NCBI GenBank assembly: GCA_040879435.1
Contig: JBBDKG010000012.1
Coordinates: 2,755 to 66,754, forward strand
Length of the DNA: 64,000 nucleotides
Origin: Minisyncoccota bacterium
GTDB taxonomy: Bacteria > Patescibacteriota > Minisyncoccia > Phycocordibacterales > UBA918
Direction of reading: 5' to 3'
Shown here piece after piece: positions 56,294 to 64,000 of this stretch (the stretch's first letter is position 1; each line of letters opens with the position of its first letter). Both the position numbers and the translations under genes were made by a program. The notes beneath the pieces are model-generated. The model ran no database searches. It was not told the origin of the DNA and saw nothing but the letters and a program-made list of their open reading frames with translations.

Positions 56294-56983
56294 CTACCAC
56301 CCTTTTGCTGCAACAGCGTGCTCGGCAGCCTGCTGTTCCGCTTCTTGCTTGGACCGTCCCTGACCTTCCGCAACCTGCTCGTTGCGTAGGAAGACACCGA
56401 CCGTAAATATACGATCGTGGTCGGGCCCCACCTGCGAGAGCATTTCGTAAGTCGGCGTCACATTGGCATGCTCCTGCGCCAGTTCCTGGAACCGGCTCTT
56501 TGCATCCTGCCAGAGCCGCTTCTCGACGATCTCCTCGGTCCGCTGGTAGAGCTGTCGACCGACGAACGCTTCTGCGGCCTCGTACCCCTGATCGATGTAT
56601 ATTGCACCGATACACGCCTCAAAGGCGTTCGCGAGAATGTATTGTCGTGCACGGCCAGTGTCCTTCGCCTCGCCTTTCGACATCAAGAGAAACTCATTGA
56701 GCCCGATGGCGTCAGCTGCTAAGGCGAGCGAGACCGTATTGACGAGTGCGGCACGCACTGCGGTCAGTTCACCCTCCGGCTTTTCGAGGTACTTGCGGAA
56801 GAGGAAGTCAGTCACCGCAAGCTCAAGTACCGCATCACCCAAGAACTCCAGTCGTTCGTTGTGTTCATGCACAGCTTCTCGATGCTCATTCAGATACGAA
56901 CGGTGGGTGATCGCTGAGAGCAGCGTATTCTTGTCACTGAAAGTTACCCCAAGCAACTCCTCAAGCTTTGATAGATTCTCCAT
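56294..56983 (-). CDS. rnc: ribonuclease III
   Basis: RNase III signature ERLEFLGDAVLE and a C-terminal dsRBD. Confidence 0.9.
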   Translation of the reverse strand: MENLSKLEELLGVTFSDKNTLLSAITHRSYLNEHREAVHEHNERLEFLGDAVLELAVTDFLFRKYLEKPEGELTAVRAALVNTVSLALAADAIGLNEFLLMSKGEAKDTGRARQYILANAFEACIGAIYIDQGYEAAEAFVGRQLYQRTEEIVEKRLWQDAKSRFQELAQEHANVTPTYEMLSQVGPDHDRIFTVGVFLRNEQVAEGQGRSKQEAEQQAAEHAVAAKGW

Positions 56984-57086
56984 ATTTCTACTTTAACGGT
57001 TAAAGTGAAAAAGGAAAAAGTGCATTTCAAAATTAGAAGCGGTGCTCCAATTTTTCTTGTACTTCTTACTTCTTCATTTGTACCAC

Positions 57087-58004
57087 CTACTTCTTTGCCA
57101 CTGGTCTCTTCGAGACCAGCATCGTCACCGCTTTCGTGACAATAGGTAATATATCCTCATAGAAATTAAGGTCAAGGATATCGGCCACACGGAACCATTG
57201 TGCGTCATCGAGGCCACCGGTCTTCTCAAGCTTGATCTCTTTGTAGTCGGCGCTCGCCAGGAAGTAGTGTACCTGCTTGCGCACCTTCCCGATCTCCGGC
57301 TGCGACGCCACGTATTCGTTCTTTCCAAGTTCTGATTCGATCGTGATGTCGAGACCGACCTCCTCCTTGAGTGCTCGGATAGCGCCCCCTTCGACCGTCT
57401 CGTTCTCAGCAACCTTGCTCTTTGAGAGGGTCCAGTGGCCGAAGATGTCGTGCACGAGCGCAAGATACATTTCCCCGCCTTCCTCTGCGTATACCACCGC
57501 ACCGGAAAGGCGCTGGATCGGCATCTGATCGAACGGGACGTCCTTCTTCCGTCGCTTCGATATCTCATCCTTGCCCGGCTCACCGATCTCCTTGTATACC
57601 GCCCCCAGGACACCGTTCACGAACCGACTGCTGTTCTCACCGCCGAATTGCTTCGCGAGTTCGATCGCCTCATTTATAGCAACCTTCGCCGGCACCTGGC
57701 TGCGGTCCGCAAAGAGGAGCTCAAAGAGCCCGAGACGTAGAATATTCCGGTCGACCGGCGATATCCGGTCGATGGGCCACTCAGGTGCTGCCTTCTCGAT
57801 CACCAAGTCGAGTTCACCCTGCTTTTGGAGTACGCCGTCCAGTAATGTGGTCATGAACGGTAGGTCCGCCTTGTTTGGTGCAAATTCGGCAACGTTGCGC
57901 TCCAAGACTTCCGCAACCCCCTTCTTATCTACATTATTTAAATCCCACTCAAAGAGTGTCTGAAGAACGATTGACCGTGAGAGGTGCCGATTTGCCATTT
58001 TCAA
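57087..58004 (-). CDS. nusB: NusB antitermination factor fused to a C-terminal NUDIX hydrolase domain
   Basis: [32 protein letters not shown] is near-identical to E. coli NusB [32 protein letters not shown]. The C-terminal Nudix box [24 protein letters not shown] aligns with GGKVEPGETPEEAAIRELKEETGL, with the first Glu of REx2EE replaced by Ala. Confidence 0.75.
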   Translation of the reverse strand: [305 protein letters not shown]

Positions 58005-58081
58005 AAACTAACTATCCGTAACTGAACACAGTATATCATCGTCCGGATCGAAACGAACCCGCATGTGCGGGTTCGTGGGGA

Positions 58082-58390
58082 TTATTTCGATTCCTTTTGT
58101 TCCTCAGCCAACGGTGCCTCAGCGACCGCATCAGCTTCAGTTGGAGCAACCGATTCAGCCTGTGCTTTGATCGATTCGCGCTTGGTGCGCATGCGTTCTT
58201 CACGCTGCTCTCGCTTTGCCGCAAGGTCCATAACCTGCCGCCCTTTATAGAAGCCGCAGGAAAGGCACATGTGGTGCTGGCGGTGCTCACTGCCACAGTT
58301 TGAACACACCGCAAGATTCGGTGCTTTCAGTGCGTGGTGTGAACGGCGGTTCGCGGTGTGCGCCCGCGTGTGTCGCATTCGGATTACCAT
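58082..58390 (-). CDS. rpmF: 50S ribosomal protein bL32 with a roughly 45-aa C-terminal extension
   Basis: RRSHHALKAPNLAVCSNCGSEHRQHHMCLSCGFYKGRQV matches L32 [39 protein letters not shown]. Start placed at MVIRMRH. Confidence 0.85.
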   Translation of the reverse strand: MVIRMRHTRAHTANRRSHHALKAPNLAVCSNCGSEHRQHHMCLSCGFYKGRQVMDLAAKREQREERMRTKRESIKAQAESVAPTEADAVAEAPLAEEQKESK

Positions 58391-58424
58391 AGTGGGCAGA
58401 AATATACCAGAAAGTCCTGAAAAT

Positions 58425-58462
58425 AGCAATAAAAAACGGAGGTGACGAAATCGCCACCTCCG
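58425..58462 (-). terminator. intrinsic terminator 40 nt upstream of rpmF
   Basis: Perfect 8-bp stem cggaggtg/cacctccg with loop acgaaatcgc. The minus strand continues ttttttattg. Confidence 0.7.
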
Positions 58463-58474
58463 GGTCATGCTTAT

Positions 58475-58732
58475 TCAGGCAGCGTACGCCACCTGTTCGG
58501 GGTATGTGCCCCAGTGAGCAGGCCGATCGGCCTGCCGAGCTTGCGCCTCATGCATGGCAACGAGCTGTCGCCACTTTTCTTCACGAGTCGCGTCCCTGCT
58601 TCGTTCGGGTATATCCCTGAACGTGAGGGGTGTTCTTTTTTTCAAGTCTGACCTCCCAATTGAATAATGTACTGCCGCATTTGTATGCGTAGTACGCGAC
58701 CCTCTGTCCCGTACCGCATATGAGCGTACCAC
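58475..58732 (-). CDS. possible small protein (85 aa) or noncoding region between rnhB and rpmF
   Basis: An ORF fills the gap and ends 5 nt before the strong terminator. There is no SD, the composition is biased, and the product matches no family I recognise. Confidence 0.25.
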   Translation of the reverse strand: MVRSYAVRDRGSRTTHTNAAVHYSIGRSDLKKRTPLTFRDIPERSRDATREEKWRQLVAMHEAQARQADRPAHWGTYPEQVAYAA

Positions 58733-58738
58733 ACCGAT

Positions 58739-59341
58739 CTATACCCGCAAGCCCCTGCAGAAGCTTCTGCGGTGCACATCCGAGAGACCGTGCTCGAGAA
58801 TGCACGCACAGTGCCGTTTCGTCCCATACCCTTTATGGACCGCAAATTCATATTGTGGATACCGTTTTGCCAACCGTGTCATATATCGGTCACGGCGCAC
58901 CTTCGCAAGAATAGAAGCAAGACCGATACACTGCTCAAGGCCATCACCGCCGATAATGGTGCGTTGACGACCAAAACGCGTCGGTGCGCGAAGAGCACCA
59001 TCAAGCAGCACCTCAACGGACTTGGGTACGAACGCGTTCCGCTTCTCGAGCGCCGCAATGGTCCGTGCAATTCCCTTTCGTACCGATGGCACGATCCCGA
59101 TGTCGTCAATGATCTGCGGGCCGATAAGTGTCACCTGCCAATCGAGCACTCCGTCGCGCTTCAGTGAGCAGGCAGTGTCGAACACGGCGTTCCGCCGTGC
59201 CTCGGACAGCTTCTTCGAGTCATCCACACCTGAGACCAGTTGCCAGTCGAAATCCGCCGTCACCAGCACCGCTCCGACCGCAACGGGTCCAGCGAGCGGT
59301 CCCCTACCCGCTTCATCAATACCAATACGCCACTTTTGCAT
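58739..59341 (-). CDS. rnhB: ribonuclease HII
   Basis: N-terminal IGIDEAGRGPLAGPV motif carrying the catalytic DE. Confidence 0.9.
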   Translation of the reverse strand: MQKWRIGIDEAGRGPLAGPVAVGAVLVTADFDWQLVSGVDDSKKLSEARRNAVFDTACSLKRDGVLDWQVTLIGPQIIDDIGIVPSVRKGIARTIAALEKRNAFVPKSVEVLLDGALRAPTRFGRQRTIIGGDGLEQCIGLASILAKVRRDRYMTRLAKRYPQYEFAVHKGYGTKRHCACILEHGLSDVHRRSFCRGLRV

Positions 59342-59384
59342 TGTATAACTCTACCAGAGATGTTTGGTACAATGGAGGAAATCT

Positions 59385-62300
59385 ATGAATGCCCCGCTCC
59401 AATCAGACTTCGTCCACCTCCATGTGCACAGCCATTTCTCGCTCTTAAACGCGCTTCCGACACCAAAGGAACTGGCGGCCGCTGCGAAGGAGGACGGCCA
59501 GACGTCGCTCGCACTCACGGACAACGGTGCCCTTTACGGTGCTATCGATTTTTATAAAGCGTGCACAAAGGCGGAGATCAAACCGATCATCGGACTTGAC
59601 GCCTTCCTTGCCCCTCGTACACGCTTCGACAAGGAGGCGCAGATCGACAAACCGAACGCGCGACTGGTACTGCTCGCAAAGAACAACGATGGATACAAGA
59701 ATCTCATCGAGCTCGTGACCCGCTCATTCATCGACGGCTTCTACTACCGACCCCGCATCGACCAGGAACTCCTTGAACGGCTCGGCGATAACCTCATCTG
59801 CATCATTCCGTCGTTCGCCGGTGAGGTCGCACGTGCTCTGAAGAACGGCGACTCTGAACGTGCCGGTGCATCACTCGACTGGTACAAACAACGATTCGGT
59901 GAGAACTGCTATCTTGAGATCACCCACCACCCTGAGATCCTTGACCACGAAGAGAACCAACAGCGGATCATCACGCTCAGCGCTGAGACGAACACCCCAC
60001 TCGTTGCCGCCCATGACGTCTACTACCTCAAACCAGAGGACCGTATTGCGCGTGAGACGATGATCAAGATCCAGAACGGCGGCGTGGTCGAAACTGCAGA
60101 CGAGCATGAGACCGTTGAGGACTTCTCGTTCATCACGAAAGAGCAGGCCGCCAAATACTTCAAAGATACGCCCGAGGCGCTCACGAATACGGTGAAGATC
60201 GCAGAACAATGTACCGTCGAGATCCCGATCGGGACCGTCTGGTACTTCCCCGACTACATCATCGAGAGCGGCAAGGAGCCGGACGACGAACTGAAGGAGA
60301 TGGCGTACCGCGGTGTGCCGTGGCGCGGCCTTTCGCTTGATGACGCGGCTGTGAAAGAACGACTGGACTATGAGCTCGACATCATCAAAATGAAAGGGTA
60401 CGCCAAGTACTTTCTTGTGGTGGGTGACCTGCTCCGCGAGGCGCGCGAGCGCGGCATCCTCACCACCATTCGTGGCTCGGTCGCTGGATCACTCACCACC
60501 TATGTGCTCGGTATCACCAACGTAGACCCGCTTGAATACAAACTCCCCTTCGAGCGGTTCCTCAATCCCGAACGGCCCTCCGCACCGGATATCGACATGG
60601 ACTTCGCCGATAACAGACGCGATGAGATCATCGAGTACGCCAAGGAAAAGTATGGTGAGGACAAGGTCGCGCAGATCGGTACCTTCGGTACCATGATGGC
60701 GCGTGCTGCTGTGCGGGATGTTGCGCGGGCCTTGGGCCACCCATACAGCACCGGAGACACTATCGCCAAACTGATACCGATGGGCAGCCAGGGCTTCCCG
60801 ATGACCATCACGCGGGCGCTTGAGATCGAACCCGATCTTGCGAAGCTATACAAGCAGGACCGTGATGCGCGGGAGGTCATCGACCTTGCGAAGAAGATCG
60901 AAGGTCGCGTCCGGCATCTTGGTGTGCACGCTGCCGGCGTGGTGATCGCGCCGGAGCCGCTCAACCAGTTCGTGCCGATCCAGACCGACCCGAAGACCGG
61001 TAAATACATCACGCAGTATGAGATGCACTCCGTTGGCGAGGATGGCGTAGGGCTTTTGAAGTTCGACTTCCTCGGCATCAAGAACCTCGCCATACTTGCA
61101 GACGCCGTAAAACGCGTACGGAAGATCCGTGATATAGCGGTTGATATCGAGAATATCCCGCTTGATGACAAGAAGACATTCGCGATGCTCGCACGCGGTG
61201 AGACGATGGGACTCTTTCAGCTGAACGGTTCCGGCATGACCGCCTTCTTAAAGCAGCTGCAGCCGAGTGCGATCCACGACATCAACGCGATGGTCGCCCT
61301 CTACCGCCCCGGCCCGATGGAGTCCATTCCGTCATACATCGAGCGGAAGCACAACGCACACCTAGTGACGTACCTCGACCCGAGACTCGAAACGATACTG
61401 GACCGTTCATACGGTGTAGTGACGTACCAGGACGACGTATTGATGATCGCACGCGAACTCGCCGGCTACTCCTGGCTTGAGGCAGACATGCTCCGAAAGG
61501 CCATGGGAAAGAAGATCCCGGAGGTGATGGAGGCTGAGAAGCAGAAGCTCCTGGACGGATTCCGTGATCACGGCAAGCTTACACCGCAACTTGCCGAGAA
61601 GCTCTGGAAACTGATCGAACCGTTCGCCGCTTATGGTTTCAATAAAGCCCATGCAGCAAGCTACGGTCGTGTGGCATACCAGACGGCGTATATGAAGGCG
61701 AACTACCCGGTGGAGTATATGTCTGCAGTACTCACCGCCGACTCCGGGGACACCGAGAAGATCTCAGAGATCATCCATGAGTGCGATCGCATGGATATCG
61801 AGGTGCTGCCGCCGGACATCAACGAAAGCTTTGCGGACTTCTCGGTGGTCCCCGGCACGCAGAAGATCCGGTTCGGACTGACGACCATCAAAAACTTTGG
61901 TGAAGGTATCGCTGAGCGCATCATTGAAGAACGGAAAGCGAACGGCCACTTTGCGTCCTTGACCGACCTCCTCTCCCGCATCCATGACCGCAACCTCAAC
62001 AAGAAGTCGCTTGAAGCGCTCGTGATGACAGGGGCGTTCGACCGGTTTGCGGAACGCGGCAGGATGTATGCGAATATTGACACCATGCTCGCATTCAACA
62101 GGGAACAGATCGCGGGTCGTGAATCGTCGCAGGAATCGCTCTTTGGTGGAGTGGAGAGTGGCATGAATGAACTTATCCTCGCCGATGCAACACCCGCGAC
62201 ACCACAACAGAAACTGCAGTGGGAAAAGGATCTGCTCGGTGTGTATGTATCAGGTCATCCGCTCGACGCGCACCGTGATGAGCTGAAGAAGCGGAAAACG

Positions 62301-62630
62301 ATCACTGATATCAAGGATGACGGACGGAACGGCATTCCGGTCGTGACCGCCGGCATGGTGGAGACGGTCCGCGAACTGCTCACCAAGAAAGGCGACCGCA
62401 TGGCATTCGTCGGTCTGGTGAACCACACCGATGCGATCGAGATGACCGCCTTCCCCGAGGTCTATCGTGCGAACCAGTCACTTCTCACTCCAGGATCGTG
62501 TATCGCGGTCAAAGGCACGCTCAATATCCGAAGCGGTGAGCCGACCATTTTGGTTGATAAGGTAAAGTCGCTTGCCACTCAACCAACAGCACCAATTGAC
62601 AACAACGAGGAGCCGGTTACTATTGGGTGA
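59385..62630 (+). CDS. dnaE: DNA polymerase III alpha subunit
   Basis: PHP domain HLHVHSHFSLL and Pol IIIalpha core blocks (GLLKFDFLGIKNL, fingers and OB fold). SD GGAGG 7 nt upstream of the ATG at 59385; the track start is an upstream TTG. Confidence 0.95.
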   Translation: MNAPLQSDFVHLHVHSHFSLLNALPTPKELAAAAKEDGQTSLALTDNGALYGAIDFYKACTKAEIKPIIGLDAFLAPRTRFDKEAQIDKPNARLVLLAKNNDGYKNLIELVTRSFIDGFYYRPRIDQELLERLGDNLICIIPSFAGEVARALKNGDSERAGASLDWYKQRFGENCYLEITHHPEILDHEENQQRIITLSAETNTPLVAAHDVYYLKPEDRIARETMIKIQNGGVVETADEHETVEDFSFITKEQAAKYFKDTPEALTNTVKIAEQCTVEIPIGTVWYFPDYIIESGKEPDDELKEMAYRGVPWRGLSLDDAAVKERLDYELDIIKMKGYAKYFLVVGDLLREARERGILTTIRGSVAGSLTTYVLGITNVDPLEYKLPFERFLNPERPSAPDIDMDFADNRRDEIIEYAKEKYGEDKVAQIGTFGTMMARAAVRDVARALGHPYSTGDTIAKLIPMGSQGFPMTITRALEIEPDLAKLYKQDRDAREVIDLAKKIEGRVRHLGVHAAGVVIAPEPLNQFVPIQTDPKTGKYITQYEMHSVGEDGVGLLKFDFLGIKNLAILADAVKRVRKIRDIAVDIENIPLDDKKTFAMLARGETMGLFQLNGSGMTAFLKQLQPSAIHDINAMVALYRPGPMESIPSYIERKHNAHLVTYLDPRLETILDRSYGVVTYQDDVLMIARELAGYSWLEADMLRKAMGKKIPEVMEAEKQKLLDGFRDHGKLTPQLAEKLWKLIEPFAAYGFNKAHAASYGRVAYQTAYMKANYPVEYMSAVLTADSGDTEKISEIIHECDRMDIEVLPPDINESFADFSVVPGTQKIRFGLTTIKNFGEGIAERIIEERKANGHFASLTDLLSRIHDRNLNKKSLEALVMTGAFDRFAERGRMYANIDTMLAFNREQIAGRESSQESLFGGVESGMNELILADATPATPQQKLQWEKDLLGVYVSGHPLDAHRDELKKRKTITDIKDDGRNGIPVVTAGMVETVRELLTKKGDRMAFVGLVNHTDAIEMTAFPEVYRANQSLLTPGSCIAVKGTLNIRSGEPTILVDKVKSLATQPTAPIDNNEEPVTIG

Positions 62631-62639
62631 ACGGAGATT

Positions 62640-62790
62640 GCGATGGCTACCAACCATCGGTGCAGTGCATGCCTTTAGCCTAATCCGATCAAAGAGTGCC
62701 TGATGTCAGGAAGCCCGGTGGAACCGCGGTTCTCACACATGTGAAGATCGTCCGAGCAAGAACAAGAGCATCGCTCTTATTTTTGCTTGG
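62640..62790 (+). promoter_or_regulatory. candidate T-box riboswitch leader for thrS with a Thr (ACC) specifier
   Basis: Hairpin cgatgg-CUACCAA-ccatcg (62641-62659) presents ACC followed by A in its loop. T-box-like sequence AAGCCCGGTGGAACCGCGG (62711-62729) against the consensus AAnnnGGGTGGnACCGCG. A downstream hairpin plus ctcttatttttg could serve as the terminator. Confidence 0.4.
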
Positions 62791-62823
62791 ACGTTTTTCG
62801 TTACCAGTTTATCTATTAACTTT

Positions 62824-64000
62824 ATGAGTACCCTTGAACAGAAACGCCACACCCTCGCCCACCTTCTGGCGGCGGCTGTACTGAAGCAGTATCCGCATGC
62901 AAAGCTCACGATCGGTCCGGCGATCGACACCGGCTTCTACTACGACATCGATTTCAGAGACGGCGACGCGCCAGGTGATGACGACCTGAAGGACATCCAG
63001 AAGGCCATGCGGAAGCTTCTTCCGTCGTGGACCGAGTTCACCCACCGGGAGGTGTCTGCGGACGAGGCTCGTGAGGTGTTCGCTGGAAACGAATACAAGC
63101 TTGAGCTTATCGACGAACTGACCGAAAAGGGTGAGGCCATCACGCTCTATACCGTCGGTGAGTTCACGGACCTGTGCCGCGGTGGCCACGCAGAGAATCC
63201 TGCGCGTGAGATCGCGTCGGATTCGTTCAAGCTCGCAACTGTCGCAGGTGCATACTGGCGCGGTGACGAGAAGAACACTATGCTCACCCGTATCTACGGA
63301 CTGGCGTTCGAGACGAAGGAGGAACTGGAAGCGTACGAACACCAGATCGAGGAAGCGAAAAAGCGCGATCATCGGAAGCTCGGTCAGGAACTGGACTTGT
63401 TCTTCATCGACGAGATGGTCGGTAAAGGTCTGGTCATGTGGTTACCGAAGGGAAACATCATCAAATCAGAGATCGAGAAATTTGCTGTTGCATGCGAAAA
63501 CAAAGCTGGCTACCAACGCGTATCAACCCCACACATCGCCAAAGAGAAGCTCTTCCTCACGTCTGGACATCTCCCGTACTACAAAGAGGACATGTACCCG
63601 CCGATGGAAATGGATGACGGCACGTACTACTTGCGGGCTATGAACTGCCCGCACCACCACCGCATCTTCCAGCATACGCCGAAGAGTTACCGTGACTTCC
63701 CTGTCCGTCTCGCAGAATACGGCACAGTGTATCGGAACGAACGTTCCGGAACACTGGCAGGGTTACTGCGTGTGCGCGGACTCGATATGAACGACGCGCA
63801 TATCTACTGCCGCAAGGACCAGATCAAAGATGAGTTCAAGGCGGTAATGGAGCTGACCATGAACTACTTCGAAACGTTCGGACTTTCTGAGTATTGGTTC
63901 CGTCTCTCGAAATGGGACCCCGAACGGAAAGATAAGTATTTCGATGAACCTGCAAGCTGGGAGTATACGGAAAACTGCATTCGCGAAGTACTCGTCGAGA
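62824..64000 (+). CDS. thrS: threonine--tRNA ligase, 3' partial; lacks the N-terminal TGS domain
   Basis: Begins directly with the editing/second additional domain RHTLAHLLAAAVLKQYPHAKLTIGPAIDTGFYYDIDF (E. coli [35 protein letters not shown]). Class II core with the zinc motif NCPHHHRIF. Runs off the window end. Confidence 0.9.
   Translation, partial: MSTLEQKRHTLAHLLAAAVLKQYPHAKLTIGPAIDTGFYYDIDFRDGDAPGDDDLKDIQKAMRKLLPSWTEFTHREVSADEAREVFAGNEYKLELIDELTEKGEAITLYTVGEFTDLCRGGHAENPAREIASDSFKLATVAGAYWRGDEKNTMLTRIYGLAFETKEELEAYEHQIEEAKKRDHRKLGQELDLFFIDEMVGKGLVMWLPKGNIIKSEIEKFAVACENKAGYQRVSTPHIAKEKLFLTSGHLPYYKEDMYPPMEMDDGTYYLRAMNCPHHHRIFQHTPKSYRDFPVRLAEYGTVYRNERSGTLAGLLRVRGLDMNDAHIYCRKDQIKDEFKAVMELTMNYFETFGLSEYWFRLSKWDPERKDKYFDEPASWEYTENCIREVLVE

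Noticed and set aside
58391-58738. RNase P RNA, tmRNA or SRP RNA in the rnhB-rpmF gap
   Set aside because: I could not find the conserved GGAAAGUCCGG (P4), the tmRNA tRNA-like ends, or the SRP GGAA/AGGUCAGG motifs by eye. Left as an unresolved candidate and not annotated.
1-64000. CRISPR arrays, transposases, integrases, rRNA operons
   Set aside because: No direct-repeat/spacer periodicity, no DDE or tyrosine-recombinase-like ORFs, and no rRNA-like conserved stretches were seen anywhere in the window.

Overview
This 64 kb window is almost entirely coding (about 65 CDS) and reads as the chromosome of a small-genome bacterium. Core GC is about 58-60%, with several patches near 40-50%. No rRNA, tRNA, CRISPR array, transposase or integrase is visible. 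The information-processing genes recognised from conserved motifs include rpoB, rpoC, rpoD, dnaG, dnaE, rnc, rnhB, rnr, hisS, thrS (3' partial), truB, trmD, prmC, rpsP, rpmF and rpmG. rpmG is missed by the ORF track. There is also a hingeless SMC-like protein and a NusB-NUDIX fusion. A second theme is secreted or membrane-anchored cell-wall enzymes: an L,D-transpeptidase, a C39-like peptidase, a GH18, an M15-like peptidase and a SleB-like hydrolase. A type IV pilin, a large secreted LCAT-like alpha/beta hydrolase and ABC transporters are present too. Canonical sigma70-type promoters and many intrinsic terminators are readable. Several promoters sit so close to their start codons that the mRNAs would be leaderless. 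Gene order and content suggest a CPR/Patescibacteria-like or similarly reduced lineage: no rimM in the rpsP-trmD operon, no plsX/fab/acpP between rpmF and rnc, and a shortened SMC. This is inference only. The strongest candidates for something undescribed are: (a) a low-GC island at the left end carrying a 577-aa divergent sigma70-family protein next to a histidine kinase; (b) the NusB-NUDIX fusion; (c) the hingeless SMC; (d) a NADAR gene sitting where rimM normally is; (e) a uORF plus terminator-like hairpin just upstream of a split ABC exporter; (f) a compact T-box-like leader upstream of thrS; (g) a pair of divergent small genes driven by mirrored identical 15-nt promoter elements. All functional calls come from reading motifs by eye. 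No database search was run.
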